DNA of 64,000 nucleotides, from assembly GCA_020833055.1 (NCBI GenBank), contig JAJHQZ010000001.1:301141-365140 (forward strand), given 5' to 3'. A program made the translations under genes and the position numbers. This document shows positions 8,216-17,512 of the stretch, one piece after another (position 1 is the first letter of the stretch; each line of letters starts with the position of its first letter). This DNA is from Candidatus Korarchaeum sp. GTDB taxonomy: Archaea; Korarchaeota; Korarchaeia; Korarchaeales; Korarchaeaceae. Below the pieces are notes generated by a model. That model made no database searches. It saw only the letters and a program-made list of their open reading frames with translations, and was not told the origin of the DNA.

Positions 8216-9313
8216 ATGGTTAGAACGACAGTCTCCGTTATAAAAGCGGATATCGGGAGTCTCGCGGGCCATCATATTGTCCATCCAAAGCTCAAGGAGA
8301 TAGCTGCGAGTGAATTAGCTGAAGCAAAATCCTCTAGAATTATAGAGGATTTCTATGTCACATCCGTTGGGGACGATCTACAGCTAATAATGACGCATAG
8401 GAAGGGAACGGACAGTTCAGAAGTGCATGGACTGGCGTGGAATATATTCAGGAAGTGCGCTGATATAGCTAAGGAGTTAGGTCTCTATGGGGCGGGTCAA
8501 GATCTACTCAAGGAAGCCTTCTCCGGGAACCTCAGAGGGATGGGGCCTGGAGTAGCTGAGATGGAATTCGAGGAAAGGCCCTCTGATCCAATAGTAGTCT
8601 TTATGGCTGATAAAACTGAACCAGGTGCTTTCAATTTGCCGATATTCAGGATATTCGCGGATCCCTTCAATACAGCTGGACTCGTCATAGATCCTAAGCT
8701 TCACTCAGGCTTTATATTCGAGATAATGGACTTGATCGAGAGCAAGGTAGTGGAACTAGCTTCCCCTGAGGATATGTACGATATATTATCGCTAATAGGG
8801 ACTCCCTCGAGGTATGTGATAAGGAGGGTCTTCAGGAAGGTCGATAGAGAAATAGCCGCTTCTATCAGCACGACGAGACTCAGCTTGATAGCTGGGAAGT
8901 ACGTTGGTAAGGATGATCCTGTCGCGATAGTAAGAGCTCAAGCAGGATTCCCGGCATTGGGTGAGATACTCGAGCCTTTCTCCTTCCCCTTCTTAGTGGC
9001 TGGATGGATGAGGGGTTCTCATGCAGGTCCTCTGATGCCAGTGAGTGAGAGGGACGCGAGGCCGACTAGGTTCGATGGTCCTCCTAGGATAGTGGCCTTG
9101 GGATTCCAAGTGAAGGACTCGAAGCTCATAGGACCGAGCGACCTATTCTCAGATGTAGCTTTCGATGAGACTAGGAGGATGGCTAACTTCATAGCTGATT
9201 ACATGAGGAGGCACGGCCCCTTCATGCCTCACAGATTGGGCCCAGAGGAGATGGAGTATACCACGCTCCCAGAGGTCCTGAAGAAATTGGAGGGGAAGTT
9301 CAGGCACGAGTGA
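8216..9313 (+). CDS. fbp: Bifunctional fructose-1,6-bisphosphate aldolase/phosphatase (FBPase class V)
   Basis: SVIKADIGSLAGH, GDD, GAGQDLL, GNLRGMGPG, DKTEPGAFN, YVGKDDP and GWMRGSH. ATG 8216 is preferred over GTG 8201. Confidence 0.97.
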   Translation: MVRTTVSVIKADIGSLAGHHIVHPKLKEIAASELAEAKSSRIIEDFYVTSVGDDLQLIMTHRKGTDSSEVHGLAWNIFRKCADIAKELGLYGAGQDLLKEAFSGNLRGMGPGVAEMEFEERPSDPIVVFMADKTEPGAFNLPIFRIFADPFNTAGLVIDPKLHSGFIFEIMDLIESKVVELASPEDMYDILSLIGTPSRYVIRRVFRKVDREIAASISTTRLSLIAGKYVGKDDPVAIVRAQAGFPALGEILEPFSFPFLVAGWMRGSHAGPLMPVSERDARPTRFDGPPRIVALGFQVKDSKLIGPSDLFSDVAFDETRRMANFIADYMRRHGPFMPHRLGPEEMEYTTLPEVLKKLEGKFRHE

Positions 9314-9986
9314 ATGATGCTATTGGTTCAGCCAGCTCCCTTATTTTTCTTTGAGGGTCCGGACTCTTCGTTACTGCTGAGGCCACGAGGACCCCGTAGC
9401 TCCCTAGCTCTAGGGCCGCTCTGACATCATCACCACTCGATATACCAGCGCCGCAGAGGAGGGGTATCGCTGAATTCACTACTCTAACGGACCTCAGGGA
9501 GCTCAATATCACCTCTGGCTTCGCTTTAGATACGGGAATTCCGCTACCTATGAGTTCAGGCGGCTCCACAGCTATAGCATCTGGCGATAAAGCAGCGACA
9601 GCAGCGGATTCAGACGGGGTCGGTGAGCAGACTATGGAGATGAGCTTCAAATCCCTCATTATACTTATAGATTCGGCTATATGCCTTAAGGGGATCTGCC
9701 TCTCTGAGTGATTCAAGAGGGAGCCTCTCGCACCAGCTTCCTTCACTAAGCTAGGTGGTACATGCCCTGTGTAAGCACCAGCTGGTATAGGGTCCACATG
9801 CTGTGCGAATACTGGTATCTCGACAGATGAGGAGACTTGCCTGAGATCTATTATGTTCGGGGATACCCCTATCAGAACGCCTGTCTCCTTCCAGACCCTC
9901 TCAGCTGACTTAGATATCTCAACTGCTCTATCACCTGATGACTCTACGTAAGCCTTGAAGTTTATCAACAGTCTGGGTATATGCAT
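9300..9986 (-). CDS. tpiA: Triosephosphate isomerase, archaeal type
   Basis: INFKAY, AQHVD, NHSE, VEPPELIGSG, CGAGI and GVLVAS. Likely start is ATG 9986. Confidence 0.96.
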   Translation of the reverse strand: MHIPRLLINFKAYVESSGDRAVEISKSAERVWKETGVLIGVSPNIIDLRQVSSSVEIPVFAQHVDPIPAGAYTGHVPPSLVKEAGARGSLLNHSERQIPLRHIAESISIMRDLKLISIVCSPTPSESAAVAALSPDAIAVEPPELIGSGIPVSKAKPEVILSSLRSVRVVNSAIPLLCGAGISSGDDVRAALELGSYGVLVASAVTKSPDPQRKIRELAEPIASFTRA

Positions 9987-10028
9987 AAGTCGGAGGAGAA
10001 AAGCTAATTTATTAGTGTATCTTATCGT

Positions 10029-10643
10029 ATGATGCACCTCGAGTTAGATGAGGGGTCATTCTTAGTCAGGCTCGCGAGGACTGCTATAGTCTCGTTCTTC
10101 GCTAATAGGGAAGTTCTAGAGATAAAGCCACCTTATCCGAAGCTTGAGGAGAAATCTGGTGCATTCGTAACTCTAAATACGTATCCCGAGGGTGAGCTCA
10201 GGGGATGTATAGGGTTCCCAGAGCCTATATACCCGCTATATAAGGCAGTAGTGAGAGCTGCACTAGCAGCGGCTTTCGAAGACCCGAGGTTCCCTCCCTT
10301 ATCCGAGGATGAGATCGATAAAGTCACCGTCGAGGTCTCAGTTTTGACACCTCCGGAGAGGATAGACACGATGGTGAGCAAGAGGGAGGAGCTTCCAGAG
10401 CTCGTAATCGTGGGGAAACATGGGTTGATAGTCAGGAGAGGCCGCCTCTCTGGGCTCCTCCTCCCTCAAGTGGCCGTTGAGTATTCCTGGAGCCCTGAGG
10501 AGTTCTTAGATCAGACATGCATTAAGGCTTGGATGCGTCCGGGTTGCTGGCTCTCAGAGGGCACTGAGGTCTACAGGTTCTCAGCATTGGTTTTCGCTGA
10601 GGAGAGTCCCAATGGAAAGGTAGTGATCAGGGAATTAGGGTAA
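10029..10643 (+). CDS. AMMECR1-domain protein (TIGR00296 type)
   Basis: GAFVTL, LRGCIG, AAFEDPRFPP, EVSVLTPP, GLLLPQV and C.KA. Confidence 0.92.
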   Translation: MMHLELDEGSFLVRLARTAIVSFFANREVLEIKPPYPKLEEKSGAFVTLNTYPEGELRGCIGFPEPIYPLYKAVVRAALAAAFEDPRFPPLSEDEIDKVTVEVSVLTPPERIDTMVSKREELPELVIVGKHGLIVRRGRLSGLLLPQVAVEYSWSPEEFLDQTCIKAWMRPGCWLSEGTEVYRFSALVFAEESPNGKVVIRELG

Positions 10644-11803
10644 TGTTAAGAGCTTACATATCTCCTCTAGGTATAGGATACGGCCACGCTTCTAGATGCG
10701 CGAACTTAGCTAATAGATTGATCGAGGAGGGGTTCTCAGTCTACTTCTCAGCGAGGGGCGATGCGTATTCCTACCTAAAAGCGAATAAGTTTGAAGTATT
10801 GGGAGGAGGAGAGGAGATCCTATGGAAGAGTAAGGATGATGGATCTCCAGATTTCTGGGGGACGCTCAAGGATCCGAGCATACTCAGGGAATTCATATCT
10901 CAGGTCTTAGAGGAGAAAAAGAATATCGAGGCGATATCCCCGGATGTAGTTATCTCAGATTCTAGGTTGCAGACAATTATAGCGTCGGAGTACTTGGGCC
11001 TTCCCACAGTCTCAGTGCTGAATCAACCTAAGTTATTACTCCATCCCCTGGTAGGTGGGTGGAGGAAGGAGATCTTCGGGAAATCTCTAGCTGAAAAAAT
11101 AGAATTCATAATAAATTTCATGTTGACTAGGTCCTGGGCCCTTTCTCAAGCTACTATAGTTGCAGACTTCCCCCCTCCCTTCAGTATATCTAAGTATCAC
11201 ACATCCGACCTCCCTAAGGCCCTCATGGATAGGCTCGTCTTCACGGGCCCCTTACTCGAGCCTAAATGCAGTGGAGGGAAAGGAGATATAGTGCTAATAA
11301 TGATATCGGGACCGGAAGTAGAGAGGAAGCCTTTTATCTCAGAGATCCTGGATCTCATAAGGGAAGTACCGGGAGATCTCAGGAGGTTAGAGTTCGTTAT
11401 CTCCCTAGGGGATCCCGGGGATCTCAGAGTAGGGAAGTTGTCCGATAATGTCACGATTTACAACTGGCTCCCGGATAAGTGGGACTTCCTCTCTAGAGCT
11501 AGGGTTGTGGTCTCGAGAGCAGGCCATACGATAATCTCAGAGTCTCTCCTCTGCGGGAAACCACTTCTCCTGATCCCAGTCCCGGGTCAGACGGAGAAGA
11601 TCGAGAACGCGAAGAACATCCAAGAATTAGGGTTGGGGATCTGTTTGGAGCAGGGGGAAATTAAGGAGGGATTCTTTAACTATTTGAGGATCCTCCTTGA
11701 GGATGATGGATTCTCAAGAAGGGCTATGGAATTCAGAGAAAGGTTCTCAAGCTGGGATTTCTTGGGAAGAGCTGTGAGTGTAATAGAGGGCGTTATCTAT
11801 TGA
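10643..11803 (+). CDS. GT-B glycosyltransferase (family 28 C-terminal / MJ1255-like)
   Basis: GIGYGHASR, DVVISDS, VVSRAGHTIISE, P.PGQTEKIENA. Confidence 0.8.
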   Translation: MLRAYISPLGIGYGHASRCANLANRLIEEGFSVYFSARGDAYSYLKANKFEVLGGGEEILWKSKDDGSPDFWGTLKDPSILREFISQVLEEKKNIEAISPDVVISDSRLQTIIASEYLGLPTVSVLNQPKLLLHPLVGGWRKEIFGKSLAEKIEFIINFMLTRSWALSQATIVADFPPPFSISKYHTSDLPKALMDRLVFTGPLLEPKCSGGKGDIVLIMISGPEVERKPFISEILDLIREVPGDLRRLEFVISLGDPGDLRVGKLSDNVTIYNWLPDKWDFLSRARVVVSRAGHTIISESLLCGKPLLLIPVPGQTEKIENAKNIQELGLGICLEQGEIKEGFFNYLRILLEDDGFSRRAMEFRERFSSWDFLGRAVSVIEGVIY

Positions 11804-11829
11804 CTTTCCGACGCTAACTTTCCATTGAA

Positions 11830-11914
11830 TGCGGGGGGTGGGATTCGAACCCACGCGAGCCTGATGCTCACCAGCTCCTAAGGCTGGCGCCTTGGACCTC
11901 TCGGCCACCCCCGC
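11830..11914 (-). tRNA. tRNA-Leu(TAG), long variable arm, no intron
   Basis: Reverse complement GCGGGGGTGGCCGAG...CCAGC-CTTAGGA-GCTGG...GGTTCGAATCCCACCCCCCGCA. Confidence 0.95.
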
Positions 11915-11997
11915 CACTCTCACTCAGTCGTACAACTATTTAATCGTTCCCTTTTTAATATTAGCTTTATCGATCGAGATTGGTCGCGTTACTGTTA

Positions 11998-12984
11998 TTA
12001 GTCTAGGATACTCCTCATAACGCGTTGGATCTGCTTTATGTCGTCTATGGAGAAGTATTTATCTCCCCCTATTCTGGCTATCTCCCTACATAAGGCCGAC
12101 CCCTTTGAATCCCTCTTCCCCTTCGTGTGTATGACGCAGAGGTTCTTGAAGCGTTTCGCGATCTTCCTTGGGTCCTCGCCTACGTTATACTCACCATCCG
12201 TTATGAGGAGGTACTTAGGATTCTTGAGGTGATATGATATCTCTAATCCTTTTTTGAGACCATCTGCTATATTTGTATATCCGATCGGAACTAGATCGAG
12301 TATCTCCTCGATTACTCTTATGGAATCCTTATCGTCCATTGGAGATTTTATGATGAAAGCCGTGCTATTGAATCCCACGATACCGTATCTCCCTCCTCTC
12401 AGCTTATGGGATGCTATAGCTGCGATCATCATCGCTAACAGTATCTTCTTCCCAGTCATAGATCCGCTAGAATCTAAGATTATTATGAGGGATTTATCCC
12501 TTTTCCTCTTATCTGAGGCCACTATGTCCTCATATCTTATCTCATCGACGTTCTTACACCTCTCTATAATCCTCTCAATAGTTCTCTCGAGATCGAACTC
12601 CATCCCCGGGGAATAGGCTCTCGAGTATTCCCTAGAATTCACTGAAAAACCTCTTGAGTCTCCAGATGAGATTTTTATCACTATCTTCGCTATTAATCTC
12701 TTGAAGAGGGATCTAGACCTCTCATTGAGCTTCCATCTCACTTGCCTGTATAACTTAACAGCGGCTTCAGGATCCCTCTCCATCGATAGAACTACTCTCT
12801 CAGGGAGACCTTTCTCAGAGATCAATTCAGCTACTAATACTTGGCTGTAGTTCGATAGGGCTAAGAGACCATTCAAATCACCGTTAATCAGATAGTAATT
12901 TGCTATCTCCTTCATCTTATCATAATCTAAACTAATGAACTCCCTCTGTTGTCGATTAGGTATTCTCTCAAATCCGGACGTCAT
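11998..12984 (-). CDS. von Willebrand factor A domain protein (MoxR partner)
   Basis: DLERT, LDSSGSM (MIDAS DxSxS), YTNIADGL and ITDGE. Overlaps the MoxR stop. Confidence 0.85.
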   Translation of the reverse strand: MTSGFERIPNRQQREFISLDYDKMKEIANYYLINGDLNGLLALSNYSQVLVAELISEKGLPERVVLSMERDPEAAVKLYRQVRWKLNERSRSLFKRLIAKIVIKISSGDSRGFSVNSREYSRAYSPGMEFDLERTIERIIERCKNVDEIRYEDIVASDKRKRDKSLIIILDSSGSMTGKKILLAMMIAAIASHKLRGGRYGIVGFNSTAFIIKSPMDDKDSIRVIEEILDLVPIGYTNIADGLKKGLEISYHLKNPKYLLITDGEYNVGEDPRKIAKRFKNLCVIHTKGKRDSKGSALCREIARIGGDKYFSIDDIKQIQRVMRSILD

Positions 12985-13874
12985 CGGGACCTTTGCAGGT
13001 CCCTCTGGACGGGAAAATCCCCTTTATATCCACTTAAGACAGATCTGACGAGCTCCTTCACTAAGCTCTCCTTATCGATACTAGAATCTCCGGTCTCTAT
13101 CCTCTGAGGGAGCGTCATTAAAGCTGAGGTGTACCATTTCTCATCCCCGCCATCCATAAGACTCGTTATCCTCGCTAAATCTATTGAAGAGCGGACGGAG
13201 CATCCCCTGATTATAGCGGGATGCTCTCTAGTCTTTCTGACTATGTCTACGCTTATCTCAGCTATCATATCCTCTACATCGGGTACATGAGTCTTAACTA
13301 TCTCTATCTCCTCCTCTCTACTCGGATACCCGAGCTTTATCAGGACGAACCTGTCCCTCAGTGCTTCAGATAATCTATAGACCCCTATATCCTCCTCAGG
13401 GTTCTGGGTCGCTATTATCAGGAAGCCCTCCTTAGCCCTCAGAGTACCTAAGTGAGGTATCTGGATTATCCCCTCATCCATAGCAGGCAATAATGCATTC
13501 TGAGCGGATTCGGGGAGTCTGTTCAGCTCATTTATGAATAAGATAGATCCGGAGAGAGCGGCCCTCGTGAGCGGTCCTGGTACAAAAGCTTCTTCAACGT
13601 ATCCCATCTTTAAGACGATAGGAGGATCCCAATAACCGAGAAGTTTATTCTCATCAAGCCTCTCATCACCATCTACTCTTATGAAATCTCGACAGAGATA
13701 CTCAGCGAGGGCTTTCGCTAGGAAAGTCTTCCCGACGCCTACTGGACCCTCAAGAAGTATATGCTTCCTCCCTTTAGCAGCTATTAGCATCTTAGCTAAC
13801 TCTTCTCTCCTACCGATTATCCCGAATCTCCTCCTTATCTCCTCGACTTCCCTACTCAGTTCCTTCGTCAGCAT
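12981..13874 (-). CDS. MoxR-family AAA+ ATPase
   Basis: GPVGVGKT Walker A, FINELNR Walker B variant, ATQNP sensor and LSEALRDRF arginine finger. Confidence 0.9.
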   Translation of the reverse strand: MLTKELSREVEEIRRRFGIIGRREELAKMLIAAKGRKHILLEGPVGVGKTFLAKALAEYLCRDFIRVDGDERLDENKLLGYWDPPIVLKMGYVEEAFVPGPLTRAALSGSILFINELNRLPESAQNALLPAMDEGIIQIPHLGTLRAKEGFLIIATQNPEEDIGVYRLSEALRDRFVLIKLGYPSREEEIEIVKTHVPDVEDMIAEISVDIVRKTREHPAIIRGCSVRSSIDLARITSLMDGGDEKWYTSALMTLPQRIETGDSSIDKESLVKELVRSVLSGYKGDFPVQRDLQRSR

Positions 13875-13959
13875 TCCCCGTATATGTACGTCATAGGTAT
13901 TTTAACCTTAAAGTCTAAGTGCGTCCTCATTAATAAAAATTTTAATAATGAATTGGATC

Positions 13960-14550
13960 TTATGGGAAAATATTACCTTTCTTTATCAAGCAATCTATAT
14001 ATGCGCTCACTACATGGAATACATCATCAGGGCTGAGTCCAGTGGTATCTATCACGAGGTGAAATGGACTCAGGTCCTTACCGATATCGAAGCCATATAG
14101 ACCCTTATATATCCTATAACTCCTCTCCTCTTTGATCATTATCCTTCTCTTCGCCTCTTCTATACTTATCTTATCTCTCTCAGCAACTCTAAGCGCTCTA
14201 GCCTCGAAGTCCGCTTTCAGAAATATCTTTATACAGGACTCACAATCTAAAAGGTATGCCATAGTCCAAGAATCTAAGACATATCCTCCTTCTTTAGCGA
14301 GCTCCATTAACCTCCTATCGACCTCTAGATCATACTTTGAGTCCTCTAGTCTACGTTCCAATGCTTCCTCGCCCTGTTCCCTCTCCCACCAACCTGGATC
14401 TCTCAAACTCTCCTCCCCCGCAATTATCTCCTTCAGTATCTCCCCACCGGATACGACTTTCAGACCATATTTCTCAGCTAATTTTCTCGCTAAAGTGCTC
14501 TTTCCCGTCCCAGTCATACCGGAGAGGCATATATTGAACATAATCGACAC
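13960..14550 (-). CDS. cmk: Cytidylate kinase, archaeal type
   Basis: SGMTGTGKST P-loop, DLEVDRRL, RALRVAERD, RYKGLYGFDI-like segment and IDTT. Confidence 0.9.
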   Translation of the reverse strand: MSIMFNICLSGMTGTGKSTLARKLAEKYGLKVVSGGEILKEIIAGEESLRDPGWWEREQGEEALERRLEDSKYDLEVDRRLMELAKEGGYVLDSWTMAYLLDCESCIKIFLKADFEARALRVAERDKISIEEAKRRIMIKEERSYRIYKGLYGFDIGKDLSPFHLVIDTTGLSPDDVFHVVSAYIDCLIKKGNIFP

Positions 14551-14551
14551 C

Positions 14552-15526
14552 CTATATCAAAGGCCATGGTAGATCGTCAGCTCTCCATTCCGGTAATATC
14601 TTGGAGTTCATGGGATCCTCTGGGGGTGAGATCCCGTACTTATAGCAGAGGAAGGCCGTCCAAGCTATCATAGCCCCATTATCTCTAGCTAAATCCGGCG
14701 GAGGTACTTTCAGTCTCGCGCCTCTTTCCTCGCACATCCTCCTCACCTTCTCCCTGAATCTAGGTGATGCAGCCACCCCTCCAACTAATAATAGCTCCTC
14801 CTTACCTGTGAGAGCCAACGCCCTCTCAGCTACCTCGACTGTCATTGAGAAAGCGACTTCCATGAAGCTCCAAACGATATCCTCCTTCTTAAAACCGGCT
14901 CTCAACTTCCTCAGGGATTCCGTGAGTAGGCCGCTGAAGCTGAGATCCATCCCCTTCACTGTGTAGGGGAGTTCCACCCAGTTTCCTACGATCTCATCCA
15001 TGATAGGGCCCGGTGGGAAGGGGAGGCCTATCTCCCTGCCGAGCCTATCTTGAGCGTTCCCCAATCCTATATCTAAGGTCTCTCCCAGGACGACGTATCT
15101 ACTCCCATTGTGTGAGATGACTTGAGTATTCCCTCCGGAGACATAGAGGATAACTGGATCCCTGCTCCCCGTTACAGCCCTCCCTATCTCTATATGAGCT
15201 ATTGGGTGGTTCACGCCGAAGAGAGGCTTCTTAATCTTCAGGGAGAGGGATCTAGCTATGAAGGCCCCTACTGCTAAGGCCTGCCCTATCCCTGGGCCTT
15301 TAGAGAAACCTATAATCGATATATCCTTCGGAGAAACTCCAGCTGAGGATAGAGCTTCCTCTAGGACATCTAAAGCTACATTAAAATGATGCTCAGCTAT
15401 ATCGTGGGGCCTCATCCCCCCGCTCTCTGAGGAGTAAGTACGCCATTTGTTCGCTAAGATCCTCCCTCTCCCATCTACTAAACCGACACCGAAGGTGTGA
15501 GCTGTCGATTCTATGCCAAGAGATAT
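14552..15526 (-). CDS. kae1: tRNA N6-threonylcarbamoyltransferase Kae1; start uncertain (no canonical start codon for the conserved N-terminus)
   Basis: The frame upstream of the track ATG (15415) reads EDKISLGIESTAHTFGVG...GGMRPHD. Also HPIAHIE, LYVSGGNTQ, TLDIGLGN, KGMDLSFSG, GGVAAS and DNGAMIA. ATA at 15526 is a provisional start. Confidence 0.9.
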   Translation of the reverse strand: MSLGIESTAHTFGVGLVDGRGRILANKWRTYSSESGGMRPHDIAEHHFNVALDVLEEALSSAGVSPKDISIIGFSKGPGIGQALAVGAFIARSLSLKIKKPLFGVNHPIAHIEIGRAVTGSRDPVILYVSGGNTQVISHNGSRYVVLGETLDIGLGNAQDRLGREIGLPFPPGPIMDEIVGNWVELPYTVKGMDLSFSGLLTESLRKLRAGFKKEDIVWSFMEVAFSMTVEVAERALALTGKEELLLVGGVAASPRFREKVRRMCEERGARLKVPPPDLARDNGAMIAWTAFLCYKYGISPPEDPMNSKILPEWRADDLPWPLI

Positions 15527-16140
15527 CTTATCCTCGAGTACTCCTTCATCACGAGATCGAATGGTACATCCCCCTCCCTCACTAATACAGGCTCCCCTCT
15601 CGTTAAATCCACTATCGTAGATGGCCTGCTAGGGGGTAGCCTCCCATAATCTAAGAGGAGGTCAGCTTCTACCTCCATAGCAGCTTCTACAGGATCTAAC
15701 TTAGGGGGGCTTCCTGATTTGTTCGCGCTAGTAGCTGTTATAGCTCTCCCGAACTCCCTTATGATCCTCAATACTATGGGGACATTGGGGATCCTTATGC
15801 CTATTGCCTCAGGATTTACTATATCTGGGACCCTCGATGTCTTTTTAAGTATAAAGGTCACTTTTCCTGGCAAAAATTTTTCCATAAGCTTCCTACTGAT
15901 TTCATCTATTACAGCATATCTCTCAGCCATCTCTATATCGCTCACAGCTATCGTGAGTCTCTTCTCCTCAGGCCTTCCCTTCACTTCATACACCCTCTTA
16001 ACGGCATTTATATTCTCAGCATCAGCTCCCAGACCGTAAACAGTATCCGTTGGATAGATTATGAGCTTCCCATTCCTCAGAGCATCGACCACCTCATCTA
16101 TTATACCTTCTCCCCCCTCCCTCAAGTATATCCTCCTCAT
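15511..16140 (-). CDS. sua5: L-threonylcarbamoyladenylate synthase (YrdC/TsaC domain only)
   Basis: YPTDTVYGL, VKGR, TSANKSG, PSTIVD and REG. There is no C-terminal SUA5 domain. Confidence 0.92.
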   Translation of the reverse strand: MRRIYLREGGEGIIDEVVDALRNGKLIIYPTDTVYGLGADAENINAVKRVYEVKGRPEEKRLTIAVSDIEMAERYAVIDEISRKLMEKFLPGKVTFILKKTSRVPDIVNPEAIGIRIPNVPIVLRIIREFGRAITATSANKSGSPPKLDPVEAAMEVEADLLLDYGRLPPSRPSTIVDLTRGEPVLVREGDVPFDLVMKEYSRIRYLLA

Positions 16141-16199
16141 AATCTGATCTCCCGAGATCCATTTTTTAATCCAACGTGGAGGTGGGAGTTGGAAGGCCT

Positions 16200-17105
16200 A
16201 TGGATGAGGATTACATAGATGCTATGATGAGGCTCGGTGAGGCGCACTCCTCCATTCTAGAGGGCTTCGTTAGCAGAGTGAAAGAGGGGGTTAAGCTCAT
16301 CGATATAGCTGAGGAATCCGAGCGTAAGATAAGGGAGATGGGATATGAACCAGCCTTCCCAACTAACATCTCGGTGAATCAGGTAGCAGCCCACTATACT
16401 CCATTCCCCGGTGATGGTAGTTCTATCCCCTCAGGCTCTCTGGTGAAGCTCGATATAGGGGCTCACGATGAAGGGATAATAGTGGATGCTGCGAGGACAG
16501 TAGTATTCGATGATAAGTATGAAGGTATGGTTGAAGTAGCTAGAGAGGCTTTGATGAGAGCTATCGAGAGAATGGCCCCAGGAAGGAAGCTAATAGAAGT
16601 GAGTGAAGCGATATATGAGACGATAGTCTCCTCAGGTTATAAGCCTATAAGCAATCTGACTGGACACAAGATAGAAATCTATAGGTTGCACGCTGGTGTA
16701 GATGTTCCGAACGTCCCGGTAAGGGGAAATTATAGGATCAAGGAGTGGGATGTTTTCGCGATAGAACCTTTCGTCACTACGCCGGACTCTAAAGGTTACG
16801 TAGTATCTCAAGGCGAGCCCCTGATATTCTCCCTCAGGAAGAAGGTCGGGACGAGGGACGAAGTTGAGAGGAAGGTCCTCAAATCTATAGAGAGAAACTA
16901 CAGTAAATTGCCCTTCTGTGAGAGGTGGATCTGGAATGAGATAGGGATGAGGGTGAATGATGCTTTGATCCGCTTGACTAAGAAGGGAGCGCTCTTCCCA
17001 TACCCTCCCCTCATCGAGGTCTCTGGGAGGCCCGTAGCTCAGTATGAGGACACTATATTAGTGACCCCTGAGGGGGCGGTAAATCTGACCGGTGGGGGCA
17101 AATGA
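16200..17105 (+). CDS. map: Methionine aminopeptidase type II
   Basis: AFP.NIS.N.VAAHYTP, KLDIG, DAART, NLTGH, AIEPF and QYEDT. Confidence 0.96.
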   Translation: MDEDYIDAMMRLGEAHSSILEGFVSRVKEGVKLIDIAEESERKIREMGYEPAFPTNISVNQVAAHYTPFPGDGSSIPSGSLVKLDIGAHDEGIIVDAARTVVFDDKYEGMVEVAREALMRAIERMAPGRKLIEVSEAIYETIVSSGYKPISNLTGHKIEIYRLHAGVDVPNVPVRGNYRIKEWDVFAIEPFVTTPDSKGYVVSQGEPLIFSLRKKVGTRDEVERKVLKSIERNYSKLPFCERWIWNEIGMRVNDALIRLTKKGALFPYPPLIEVSGRPVAQYEDTILVTPEGAVNLTGGGK

Positions 17106-17512
17106 AGGTCAAGAGAAAGGGCACTAAGGCTGAGAGAGATCTCCTCGATAAGCTCTGGAGGCTAGGGATAGGGGCCGTGAGGGTCGCGGGGAGCGGTGTA
17201 TCAACTCACCCATCTACGGATATAATAGCTGGCTTCAGGGGGAGGATAGCCGTCATAGAAGTGAAGGTCTCCTCCAAGGAGATCGTATACATCCCCCCGG
17301 AGGAGGTTAAGTCTATAAACTCACTCGCATCCGTTATAGGAGCTGAACCATGGGTCGCCGTGAAGTTCACATCGGAGAGGAGGGGGAACTTCTACATGCT
17401 CAAGATAGACGATGCCAGGGAGCTGAAATCTGGATATCTCGCTATAGATCTCGATCTCGCGAGATCTAAGGGGGTATCTGTTGAGGAATTCGCTAAGAGG
17501 ATCATGGCTTGA
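17102..17512 (+). CDS. hjc: Holliday junction resolvase Hjc
   Basis: KG..AERDL, RVAGSG, DIIA and IEVK (PD-(D/E)xK fold). Confidence 0.93.
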   Translation: MKVKRKGTKAERDLLDKLWRLGIGAVRVAGSGVSTHPSTDIIAGFRGRIAVIEVKVSSKEIVYIPPEEVKSINSLASVIGAEPWVAVKFTSERRGNFYMLKIDDARELKSGYLAIDLDLARSKGVSVEEFAKRIMA

